Shown here piece after piece: positions 1-11,230 of a DNA stretch of 64,000 nucleotides. Both the position numbers and the translations under genes were made by a program. The notes beneath the pieces are model-generated. The model was not told the DNA's origin, did not search any database, and worked only from the letters and a program-made list of their open reading frames with translations. Numbering within the stretch: the stretch's first letter is position 1; every line of letters begins with the position of its first letter. The DNA comes from Octopus sinensis (Eukaryota). Where the stretch lies: NCBI RefSeq assembly GCF_006345805.1, contig NC_043011.1, positions 18,364,464 to 18,428,463 of the forward strand. Direction: 5' to 3'.

Positions 1-446
1 CGATTGGTGTACTCAGTCAGCTCTGACCTGTGACTAACCAACAATAACAGCCACATAATTACGAGCCAAAAGCAAATGACTCTTGCTAGGAACTTTAATA
101 GATGTAAACCAATAATAAAAAAAAAGAATTACGGTGAACGAGTGAAGCTGCAAACAGCAGAAATCATTAAGAATAAAAAATATGTGAGCAAAATTCAACA
201 TTAACGTAGATTTGTTGCAATCCGCATCTTAATAAAGAAACGAAAAGATTAAAAACTCTAAGATCGTATATAGTTATCACAGTATTAATAATTGGAGGAC
301 TTACCAACCAATTTCAAACTATTTTCATGTTATCATTAACAAAGCGTTTCGATTGCTTGGAAATTAGAGCCATAGTGAATGGAAAAATTTCTAAATTTCT
401 TGTATTTGAATATTTTGTGACGATTATATATGTATACTTATATATA

Positions 447-780
447 GAGGATGACCACTAAAAACTGAAATGTTTGATGAAGTCAACATGTTCCTTTTCA
501 ATCATTTTTTTCTCCTGCTATTTTGTTGTTGTTGTTTTTGCATATTATAGAAAATGACTTGGAGATTAAAATGTCTACGAATGAAATAGAAGAACGAGTA
601 AAACACATTGATATTTTCTAGTCCAATGAAAGATCAATTATTCAAACTCAGAGAAAATACCAGTAACATTTTACTGTCAGAGTATCTCATCGCCATATCA
701 TGATTTGGAAAATAATACGCGGTTTGAAAGAACTGGATCAATCAGCGATCTTCCGGGACCAGGTCCTAGACGCATTTTTA
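447..780 (+). mobile_element. Tc1/mariner-superfamily 5' fragment (left end plus degenerate N-terminal HTH)
   Basis: Follows TA. Interrupted translation IEERVKHIDIF*SNERSIIQTQRKYQ*HF...FERTGSISDLPGPGPRR resembles the transposase N-terminal HTH ending in F.ETGSV.D..R.GRPR. Confidence 0.55.
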
Positions 781-1844
781 AACTTGGTCATTCCCAGTAG
801 AGAATTTATATACAATATTGCAGAGTCGAAGGTTTTTATTTAAAGTGACCTAAAAATATAGAGTGTATTAGTAAGGTCAAATCGAAAACAAGAAGAGAGG
901 ATTGAAGAAAGAGAGAAAAAAGGAAGAGAAAGAAAAAACGAAGGAGAAAAGAGAGAGAAGAGGGAGAAGAAAGTAAGAAGAAGGTTAGCAAAATAATAAA
1001 ATAATACAAAAATAAAAACCCTAAAGTGAAGAATAAAGGGAATAAAGAAAAAAGAAAAGTGAAGATATAGATCAGTCAGTGGTCTGTGGAAATAATTTGA
1101 AAGTAGGTGTGGAGATATGAAGGGTGAAAGAGAGAGAAAGGTATTATAGAGTAAAAGATAGAGGAATGAGAGGTTTAGAAGTAAAGGAATGAAAAATGTG
1201 TAGTAGTAGAGGAATTTATATGTTTAGCAGTTCGGTGCTTAGTAATATGAGAAAATATATATGTGACGATGTATATACATGTATATATCAGATAAGTTGC
1301 ATACACAATCCTTATTCGCATGCATATGCACTCATACACGATCACTTATACGTCCATGTGGATGTGTCATCGCCCCTGTATATGCAGGTATATATACATT
1401 GCATGCGTACGTATATTTACACATACCCACATACATATAAGCATAATCTCACTCATACATATACACGCTCGCATGGGTGTATGCACATATATACGAATAT
1501 AATCAGATGGTTTTATATGTGAAGAACTAGATAGGGATTAGGAGTTAGAGTGTAAGTTTATAATGTTATTGGGATTACCTAAGGAGTATTGTGGAAATGT
1601 ACTGTATGGTCATTCTGGCATTTCGATTTGTGGTAGAATTTAAATGTGTGATAAAAGTGGTGGTTGCATGTGCTTAGTGCCTCGTTATGTTTATTAAGCA
1701 GTGTTGGAGAGCTGTGCCCAACCCAACCCATTCTACTGACACTTCCTGGAACACCAACACAATCTCTAACATCCCTACACATAGCAGAAGTAATAGTAAC
1801 AATTGTAGTAGTGGTGGTGATAGTAACGATAACATTAGTAATGA

Positions 1845-1905
1845 TGATGATGATGATGATAATAATAATAATAATGATAATAATAATAATAATAATAATA
1901 ATATA
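1845..1905. repeat. (GAT)n/(AAT)n trinucleotide microsatellite
   Basis: Visible tandem gat then aat repeats; explains the poly-N/poly-I ORFs. Confidence 0.95.
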
Positions 1906-2165
1906 GAAATGTTCACCCCTTCTATAACCTCTCTTCTGACGATACTACCTCCTCTGTCACTGTACACGGTCCTCAAAATTCACCTAATTGTAATTGCCGT
2001 CATGAGAAGGAGAATATTGTTTATGGTGGATGCATTTGTGAAAACTGAGCTTTCTAAAATTTAAAGATAATACCTCTAAACCTAGATATGATATCAACTT
2101 ATTTAGACTGAATTTAATGAAGTCCTGGACTGAGGAACAAAGTTTAATAAGTTGCTTCGCTGCAG
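1905..2165 (+). mobile_element. Possible degenerate Penelope-like N-terminal fragment
   Basis: Weak similarity only: FYNLSSDDTTSSVTVHGPQNSP versus the PLE V.NLS...LS..E..VL..G.NF.P region; broken by stops. Confidence 0.25.
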
Positions 2166-2249
2166 ACACAGAGAGAATAATATATTATTCTATTAACGGG
2201 ACTATTTTTATCCCCTACAAAGGAATGTTCCTCTAAAATTATTTCATCT

Positions 2250-3330
2250 AGATATAGAAAAATACCTGTTGTAGGAACTTCGGAAGTGCAAAAATCTCGA
2301 ATTTGTTTCATTTAGTGCGTTCTGAATTATTTATGCATTCTGAGTCCTTCTTATATACATTTGTATGGGAAGTGGAAAATCACTGGCACCTCCAACAAAT
2401 CTGTCTTTTTAGATTAAAAGCACTGACATCACATCTCGCATGGTAAAATGTGGTACCAATGCGGGTACCGGACTAAGGTTTTACTTGGAACGCTCCAGGT
2501 TTGTTTATCGTGTTATATAGTTGGATTTCAAAAGAATTTTATGATCCTAGCTTATTGTCCCAAGAAAAATTATGTAGCCACACTTATGAGTACAATGCAC
2601 TCTCAGCCTTCAATTGATTCAAAAAGTGCTGAAAAGAACCCTGAGGCTATTATATGTTACAACAAAACAAAAGGAGGCGTAGATACCCTAGATGAGATGG
2701 TAAGGACATACGGTTGCAAAAGAATTACTTGAAGACCACCTATGGTTATATTATACATTATTGATATAATTGCAGCGAATGCTCACATCATTGCTTCACT
2801 TGCAATGTTTCTTGGATAAAAGAAGACAGTGCCTAATTCTCTTAGGAAGGAACTTGCTGGAGTTAATGCTAAACAAGAACATGTCAAACAATCTTCTAGT
2901 TCCGCTAACACTTCTCAAACGAACTAGAAAAGAAAACGATCTTCAACCCCATTTGACATCCCTTAGCTAAAGAACAAAGAAAGATGTTCTTTGTGTGACC
3001 CAAAGAAGACAGGAAGGAAAACTCGTCCTACATGTAAGAATTGTAATATCCATATCCCTGTTTGCCAAGAACATTCCAATGTTGTCAGCATTCCCTGCCA
3101 TGAGATGCTGTAATTCTGCATTTTGTCATTTAAAAAATGTATAATATATTCTGAAAGCCGTAGTTTTTATATTTAAATTTGTTAGAAACAGTAATTTTTC
3201 ATTTACCTGATGGCATATATAATGTAGTTAAGAAACAGTGATAGTTTCAATAAAACATAAAAGAAAAATATTGGGTCCATTGGACCCAGTTGGCAATTAA
3301 TGACATATGTTTTGTCTGGTACACGAAAGG
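2250..3330 (+). mobile_element. piggyBac transposon relic (transposase C-terminal half plus right end)
   Basis: YNKTKGGVDTLDEMVRTYGCKR is the piggyBac third-Asp motif. Cys-rich tail RCSLCDPKK..RKTRPTCKNCNIHIPVCQEH...PC. Subterminal palindrome tgggtccattggaccca (3272-3288). Ends ...acacgaaagg|TTAA (3331-3334). Stops and frameshifts present; left end not found. Confidence 0.85.
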
Positions 3331-4529
3331 TTAAAATCTTATATGGTGCATATTTTGACATGAACTATGCAAGGGGGACATTGAAAAAATTATATTATTG
3401 ATTGAATAACATCCTTTCTAAGCTGTGGAGGATTCTCAACGTGGCAACTTTATAACCTGTATGGTTTCGATTTCATTGAAAATCATTCCCTAGAAAATGT
3501 TGCGATATCATCCCATCCTACATTTTAAAAATAGGAAACATTATAATACGAAATATCTGGAATATAAATGGTGATGAACACACGTGATTTCAGTTTGCAC
3601 CTTTTTGAACGTCTGAACGGTTTTATTAATAAATGTTGTTTACTTCATCATTCTTTTTCAATAATTTTCATTGTTTTCTTTCCGAACATTTTTTGTTTTG
3701 CCTGTCAAATTCTTTTTGTATCTTATCATCTCAACATTATACATAGAAACTCTGACCTACCTGTCTATTTCACATCGTTATATATTGTTGATCTGTTATT
3801 TATTTATTTTCTTGTTACCGTAGTTTACTAAAAACCGTTACCGGAGTGACCAAGCGCTTCCAACTGATTTTAACTAAGATATACATGACACTAGATCTTA
3901 ACAGTTAAATAGCTCACACAGTAAGTAATAATTTGGAAGCCCGTTATTAAATTAGTCCAACTAAATTCATGCGTCATATTTCATTTATAGAACATATTTT
4001 AACGATTCTTATTTTGTATTTCCTCTTTCATTTCTCCGTCGCAGAATATTATTCATGTAGAAATATATGTTATATCATTCTATTTATTTCATCTTCTTGT
4101 ATTTATTTTATTTTATAATTTACTATTTTATTTCTTTTGTGCTTACATTTTTCAACAACGAAAAATCAATGTTAACATAATATAAAAAGAATGAAAATGG
4201 ATTGTAACCAGAAATACGCCTATAAGGCCATAGTAGCGTTAACTATACTCCACTATTTTACGTATTACTTTTATTCTCCATATATTGGTATGGATTGCCT
4301 ACATGACCGTAAGACGCATTGATAAGTTAAATGCTGTAATTTGACAAAAATTTCAGCATGCAAAATTATATTGAAAAATAAAATGTTATTGGGGTCAATT
4401 CTTTCCACTAAAAAAAAATTGAAGGTGATGACCCGCCTTACCGCAGTCTAATGACTAAAACAAGTATAAGATAAAGGTAATAATGACCACACGAGGTTAG
4501 ATGAAGTGATGAAACTTTGGCATAATACC

Positions 4530-4950
4530 AGCAGTTTCCGGGGAAAGGGTTAGCCATTTTACATCGACCGCACTACTCAAATGGTACATATTTTATCCAC
4601 TCCGAAACGATTACAGGCAAATTTGATCTCGGCACAATATAAACTCAGGACATAAAAACGGACGTAATGACGCTAAGCATTTTGTCTTGTGTGGTGAGGA
4701 TTCTGTCGGTTTTCCGCCTTAGTTTAATGAACTATTGCTTTCGAAATTTTTTCGAACAAGGCCAGCAATTACAGGAAGGGGTAAGTCAATTACATCGTCC
4801 CCACTACTCAACAAGTACTTTTAATCAAGCTCCCAAAGGATGGAAGGCAAAGGTGACCTCTGTGGAATATGTGCTCCGAACAAAAAGTAGGACAACATGC
4901 CGGTAAGTATTTTGCCGTGTCTTAACGGTTCAGCCAGCTGGTAGCCTTAA
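4530..4950 (-). mobile_element. Two tandem, highly degenerate SINE copies related to family B
   Basis: Decayed reverse-complement matches to the gtcgac-tttgcctttcatcc / gtcgatgtaa segments of the intact family B copies. Confidence 0.45.
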
Positions 4951-5070
4951 AGATGAAATATAACATGCTATCTACAACTATTGGCTCAACTCAGAATTTT
5001 TTTCATATTCAATCTATATTCAAGGCGTGAACTTACACGATAATTAAATGACTATATATAACTATATATA

Positions 5071-5488
5071 GGCGCAGCAGTGGCTGTGTGGTAAGTAGCT
5101 TGTTTACGAACCACATGGTTCCAGGTTCAGTCCCACTGCGTGGCACCTTGGGCAAATGTCTTCTACTATAGCCTTGGGCCGACCAAAGCCTTGTGAGAGG
5201 ATTTGGTAGACGGAAACTGAAAGATACCCGTCGTATATATGTATATATATATGTGTGTGTGCGTGTATGTTTGTATGTCTGTGTTTGTCCCCTCAACATC
5301 GCTTGACAACCGATGCTGGTGTGTTTATGTCCCCGTCACCTAGCGGTTCGGCGAAAATAGACCGATAGAATAAGTACTGGGCGTACAAAGAATATGTCCC
5401 CGGGATCGATTTGCTCGACTAAAGGTGGTGCTCCAGCATGGCCGCAGTCAAATGACTGAAACAAGCAAAAGTGTAAAAGAGTATAAGA
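5071..5488 (+). mobile_element. tRNA-derived SINE, family A (complete; short internal TA/TG tract)
   Basis: A-box-like tggctgtgtgg and B-box-like ggttcagtccc. Matches 55701-56102 (reverse) and the split copy at 10188/16593. Confidence 0.85.
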
Positions 5489-6378
5489 ACGAAATCTCCA
5501 TTTAGTTGCTTTTAATTAATTTCTAATGTCATTAAGATAGCTAAACGTTTTTAATAATAGATTTGTATTGTTACAATATCCTAAAGAATGATACAATTCT
5601 TAATTCCTGCTGAATGAGTTTGCGAGTATTACTGTTGAGTGCAATTGAGACATTTGATTTTAGCACACATGAAGAGACATTAATTATCTATTAATACAGG
5701 TTCAAACAACAGCAGCCAAATTTCCATCAAATTAATCCAAAATCCTATACATCTAAGGATTTTTTTGAAAGACTGGTTTTTAGTAGTGATATTGGTGCTC
5801 TAGTAATTACGCTTTAATTTGATTGTTGTTTCCGTATTCTGCGAGACACAAGACTATATTAGGTGAGAAAAATGAATAACTTACTTCAACGCTTCAATGA
5901 ATAAATTATCTCTTGACAAGAGGATGGAAACTATCTACACTATCACTATCAACAATTATTTTAACGATATTTGAAACTATTAGCCAATATGTTTACAATA
6001 TATATGTATTATTTGCTACTAAAACTCTACAGTGTAAGAAAACGCAATGCACATATAATTTCGAACATTGCAAGCAACGAAATTAAAGAATTCTATACTC
6101 ACGGAAATAACCAGAGCTGCGCCATGCCAATGACAATTTTCTTTTAGTGTTAACTAAGTCCAGGCTACGTTACTATAAAATATACACATTAACAGTAACA
6201 ACACAATATTTGACTGCTGTTGCAGACAAGTATTTCATATAATACTCTGTCATATACCCTTCAGCCAACAACGACAAAGACAACAACAGCAACATCAGCC
6301 ACCGTCATCACCACTAGAGGTAGAAACAAAATCCGCGCGATTAGCAATAGTAGCCAACACATCAAACATATTCAATAC

Positions 6379-6469
<91 letters not shown>

Positions 6470-7221
6470 ATAATCAATATAAAATTATTAACAGAAAAAT
6501 AACACCTGGGAAACTTCCCGACAACAGGAAGAGAGAATTAGGATATTAAATGTAAAGATTTTATCAAATGTAACAATCCGAAAAATGAAGAAACAGGATA
6601 AGAAATTTTATTTACACGCTATATATAGAATAAGACAATAAAAAATAAAATAGATTTTGAATAACAATACAAACATTCTCTTTTTGCTTTTTTTCCGTTT
6701 TGTTTAGTTGTTTTCTTTTCTTCTATTTGACATTTTAATACTTAGCTGCTTCCCCCTTCGAGGGAGAAACAGTGTGGCAGAATTCGATTAAATATTATTT
6801 GGAAGTAACATAAGAAGATTCTTTCCCGACAACTATCAAAGAAATTCTTTTGTGAAAACGTTATTGTCTAGACAGTAATTATAGTATTTAATATGATAAA
6901 CAAATTCTAACACTCCTCACTCATTTTAAATGTGTGCACTTTAAATAATAGCTTTATTGGTAGTTCTAGCTTTTTTCAAGTTGCATTTCTTTCAGAGTGA
7001 AATATAAGGCCCCCGATTATTTTAAAATGCCACATAGTTGCAATAATGCAAAATTTTACAAGTATAAAAATAGATTGTTGTCTGCCAGCTTGACTGTATT
7101 ACCTAAACAGGTGTGTCAGTCGATTTGTATATTGCTTAGATTTCGTCTAACAGTTTTGAATAAATCTCTAACGGAATTTATCTTGTAACCCATTCTAAGG
7201 TAATAACAATATCATACATAT

Positions 7222-7335
7222 AAGGTGGCGAGCTGGCAGAAACGTTAGCACGCCGGGGGAGATGTCTATCGGTATTTTGTCTGCCTCTACGTTCTGAGTT
7301 AAAATTCCACCGAGGTCGACTTTTCCTTTCATCCT
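7222..7335 (+). mobile_element. SINE family B, 3'-truncated
   Basis: ggcgagctggcagaaacgttagcacgccggg...gaggtcgacttttcctttcatcc, shared with five other copies. Confidence 0.75.
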
Positions 7336-8782
7336 GTTGTTGTTGCACTACAATCTTATATATATATACAAAGACACACAGAAACTTTCATTGTATTCTT
7401 TCGTTTTATTCCATTTTGCCATGCCTTCTGATTCTATGATGGAGAATATTCGGGACTGTTGCAATACTTAGTTATGTTATATTTTGAATATAGTCACACC
7501 TCTTCCGCTTATTATAACGCTATGATCGCTTATGGATCTGCTTAATTTATAACGCGCAAGTGGCGAGCCTCCATTTGGAAACCTATGAAATTCACTGGTT
7601 TTGAACCTTATTCTGCTCGGAGTCTGGAAGATTCTCCGTTTGACAGACTCGAAAGTGAAGCTGTTCACTCATACGCTTTATGTTTGTTGCATGTAAGCTA
7701 ATGCTTTTAAAGATAACAGATTCCGGTAAATATTTGGAGTAGAATAAAGAATAAGAGATGAAAATATACACTTCAAATATTACCTGGGGCATGAACCCAA
7801 AAGAATGATTTTTTCTGGTTAATCAGAGCAGTAAAAGGCAATAATCGTATTTCTTTGAAAAAGAATACTATTGAATAAACGACAATCAGTTCCTTAAAAC
7901 GTGAAAAATGTATAATATATAAAGGGATATTGGCGTTATTAATTACTTAACCAATTCTCTCGTAGTAAACTTCACGACAAGCAACAGTAATAAAAAGGTA
8001 TATTTCTATATTTAACGTTAATATTGCTACATTATACAAATTGTAATAAACCGACCAGAAAACATTAATCTTAACGAAAAAAATAAAATAAACATTCCAC
8101 CATGGAGTTGGATTCGTAGTTCATACAATCTTATCAACAACATCAAACCTCCTGCAAATCAATTGAACATCCGTTATACATTGTACTAAGTAACTAATAT
8201 GATTGTTTAAGCTTGCACTTATAACGGCTATGCCTTAGAAGTCGGCAGAAATTAATTCCGCAAGATCATAGGGAGCACATTATTTCTTAACATCTAGAGG
8301 AATATTCATGTAATTGGCAATTGTTCCAAAAATGCAATGTTTGGATATTTTTCATATTGTAACAAGTGTTACAATAAACGGTGATTATGTATATTATGAA
8401 GTAATCGTTGTTTATTATTAACTGTATTTTGCTTTGGACATTTTATGCGTTGCTTATATTTTTTACCGGCTACATTGAGCCATTATCTTCAGTGGTGTTT
8501 AATTAAGACTAGCCATACGTTTTTATTAATTTCTGTATATAAATATTATTGTTAATTTAACCAGCTGCATCTGAAAGGGTAATTCCAAATTTCAAGTCAA
8601 TCAAAGAGAAATGATAACCGGCTGAATTGATAAAAATGTATTACAAGTCACTCTAAAATTCACGCAAGCTCTTGCTTAAAATATTTTCTACAACAGGGAC
8701 TTAGGGGAAATCATCAACTAGAACATTTACTGACTGTAAGTGGGTTTTTTAAAGGATGTCTAAAACATATACGAAACAAACA

Positions 8783-9224
8783 GGATCTTTTCGGTTTGAA
8801 CGGCGGTTTTTTCTAACAGTGTCATATGAAAATATCACCCATAATTATGACCCTAGTATCCATCTATAGCATTTCAATCTGTTTTAGGGTTAGGGCTAGG
8901 GTTAGGCTTAGGGTTAGGCTTAGGGGAGGGGAAGAGTATCTTTTTTTCTTCACAAATGTAAATAAACCTAATCTGTTTCCTAAACGAGGGGCATATTCAT
9001 ACGGTACAGAATGTTTTTTTTTACCTCAGTACACGTCATTGATTGGTTGGAATTGCAGAAATTAAAGAAAAACAACAACAAATATCTTACAAACTATAGA
9101 ATTTTCTCAATAAAGCTAAGAGAAAAAGATGTTTAATAAATACATTCTACCAGTATACGAAGTTTAAAATTCTTTAGTTACCTAGAAATTGTGTTAAAAA
9201 CTGCCATTCAAACCAAAAAGATCC
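8783..9224. mobile_element. MITE with ~29-bp terminal inverted repeats and an internal TTAGGG-like tract
   Basis: ggatcttttcggtttgaacggcggttttt versus aaaaactgccattcaaaccaaaaagatcc. Flanks aacaaaca / aaaaaaca (7/8 match, possible TSD). Non-coding interior. Confidence 0.75.
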
Positions 9225-9370
9225 AAAAAACATATGTGGAGAATATGAAATTATAGCTTGTAATATTGGTTTCAAATTTTGGCAAAAATTGACCATAGCG
9301 GCATTTGGAACCAGCCACGGAAAGATAGACGAAATGACGGTAGACACTTTTTCCCGGCTTACTGATTATA

Positions 9371-9601
9371 TATTTCTTTACTACCCACAAGGGACTAAAC
9401 ATAGAGGGGATAGACAAGGACAGACAAACGGATTAAGTCGATTACATCTACCCCAGTACTAAATTGGTACTTAATTTATCGACCCCGAAAGGATAAAAGC
9501 TAAAGACGACCTCGGCGGAATTTGAACTCATAACATAACAGAGACGAAATACAGCTACGCATTTCGCCCGGCGTGCTAACGGTTCTGGCAGCTCGCCGCC
9601 T
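9371..9601 (-). mobile_element. SINE family B, complete
   Basis: Reverse complement of 27373-27603 along its length. Confidence 0.85.
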
Positions 9602-9964
9602 TTCCGGCTTACTAATTATCCTGCAATCGGGCATCCTTATATTATTTATAATACTGAAAAGAGAGAAGTGTTCATTTGATATTTTGATCATATTTACATT
9701 ATGTCCGAAAAAGAAATACTGGAATGTATCCAATGTGATATTTACAAAGAAAAAGAAAATTTCGAAACGTATTAATTTCAGACAAAAGAGATATTCACAT
9801 AGCATGCGTACAACTATGTATGTATACACAGGCACCCACAAGCACATTCACACACATACACAAACACACATATGTATGTATAAGTATGTATGAATATGAT
9901 TATACGTTCATACATATATATGTGCGTAGATATATATATATATATATATATAATATATATATAT

Positions 9965-10168
9965 GGTTAATCCAAACAAGAAAACACAAAAAAACACAGC
10001 AACGCGAGGACTTGGAACAAATAAAGTATTATTGGACGCTAAGGAAAGAAGGGAAGAAGGAGGGTTTAACGTTTCGAGCGGAGCTCTTCGTCGGAAACAT
10101 AGGAGAAGGAAAGATCCCGAGAAGGGAAGACAGAGAAAAAAAATCGCTGGCGGTACTCACGAGGTCAC
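9965..10168 (-). mobile_element. (TA)n-bounded ~200-bp element with a minimal hammerhead-like motif (probable PLE terminal-repeat derivative)
   Basis: Reverse complement of 42011-42215. Minus-strand motif gttt-CCGACGA-a-gagc/gctc-GAAA-cgt-t-aaac at 10064-10098. Confidence 0.65.
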
Positions 10169-10187
10169 ATATATATACATATATATT

Positions 10188-10350
10188 GGTGCAGGAGTGG
10201 ATTTCCGGGATGTAGCTTGGTTAACGTCCTCATGGTTCCGTGTTCAGCCCCACTGCGTTGCACCTTGGGCAAGTTTCTTCTACTATAACCTCAGACAGCC
10301 CTGAGCCTTGTGACTGGATTTGGTAGATGGAAACTGAAAGAAAGCGTCGT
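10188..10350 (+). mobile_element. SINE family A, 5' half
   Basis: Matches 5071-5233 up to aaactgaaag..cgtcgt, then runs into (TA)n. Confidence 0.8.
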
Positions 10351-10355
10351 ATATA

Positions 10356-10405
<50 letters not shown>

Positions 10406-10585
10406 ATATATATATGTATATATATATATGTATATATATAAATATATGTATATATATATTGATATTATATATATATATATGTATGTATCTGTATATATAT
10501 GTATGTATGTATGTATATATATATATATATGTATGTGTGTATATATATATAAATAATATATGTATGTATATATATATAATATATA

Positions 10586-10625
<40 letters not shown>

Positions 10626-10881
10626 AAGGACAACTACTTAATAAGGAAAACTTAACAAGAAATTGTCAGGTAGATAGCGTAAAAACCTCATAAGAGAAAA
10701 AATTTCGAAAATAATATTTCTTATTGAAATATTAATTTATATATAGAGGGCATTATACATACATGCCAGGAGGCATTCTACATACACGCCATACGCTAAG
10801 AGGGACGATCAGTCATTTCTACCAAAAATATTACTAATCCCACCGAATGCAATTTTTCAAAGAAAGACATTTAAAATATAT

Positions 10882-10928
10882 AGACCTGTATCACAGTGAT
10901 TCATACTTACGTAATCATCAGCAGGCCT
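10882..10928 (-). ncRNA. Hammerhead motif in the inverted unit (GAAA reads GAA)
   Basis: Reverse complement of the motif at 11183-11230 with one A missing from GAAA; either a mutation or a read error. Confidence 0.55.
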
Positions 10929-11182
10929 GAATATACTATAAATAAACAACGACCCCGCTTCGCTTAAGCCGATAAGCTAACTGATCAACATCAACGAGGC
11001 ACATGGTTGAGTTTATATATACTATACGGATGAATGGCAAACTTTTACGAATTGCAATTCGTAAAAGTTTGCCATTCATCCGGATATAGTATATATAAAC
11101 TCAACCAAGTGCCTCGTTGATGTTGATCAGTTAGCTGATCGGCTTAAGCGAAGCGGGGTCGTTGTTTATTTATAGTATATTC

Positions 11183-11230
11183 AGGCCTGCTGATGATTAC
11201 GTAAGTATGAAATCACTGTGATACAGGTCT
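11183..11230 (+). ncRNA. Type I hammerhead ribozyme (first of 11 direct copies)
   Basis: Stem I aggcctg/caggtct (7 bp, one G-U). Core CTGATGA. Stem II tac-GTAA-gta closed by U.U. GAAA. Stem III palindrome atcac-t-gtgat. Predicted cut after AUA (11223/11224). Cores recur at 11190, 11664, 12141, 12618, 13096, 13576, 14055, 14536, 15020, 15498 and 15977. Confidence 0.8.

Noticed and set aside
5071-5145. tRNA gene calls for SINE heads
   Set aside because: A and B boxes are present but there is no full cloverleaf, and each continues into a SINE body.
7477-7792. Two short minus-strand ORFs in a less AT-rich patch
   Set aside because: No homology recognised and no convincing splice sites.
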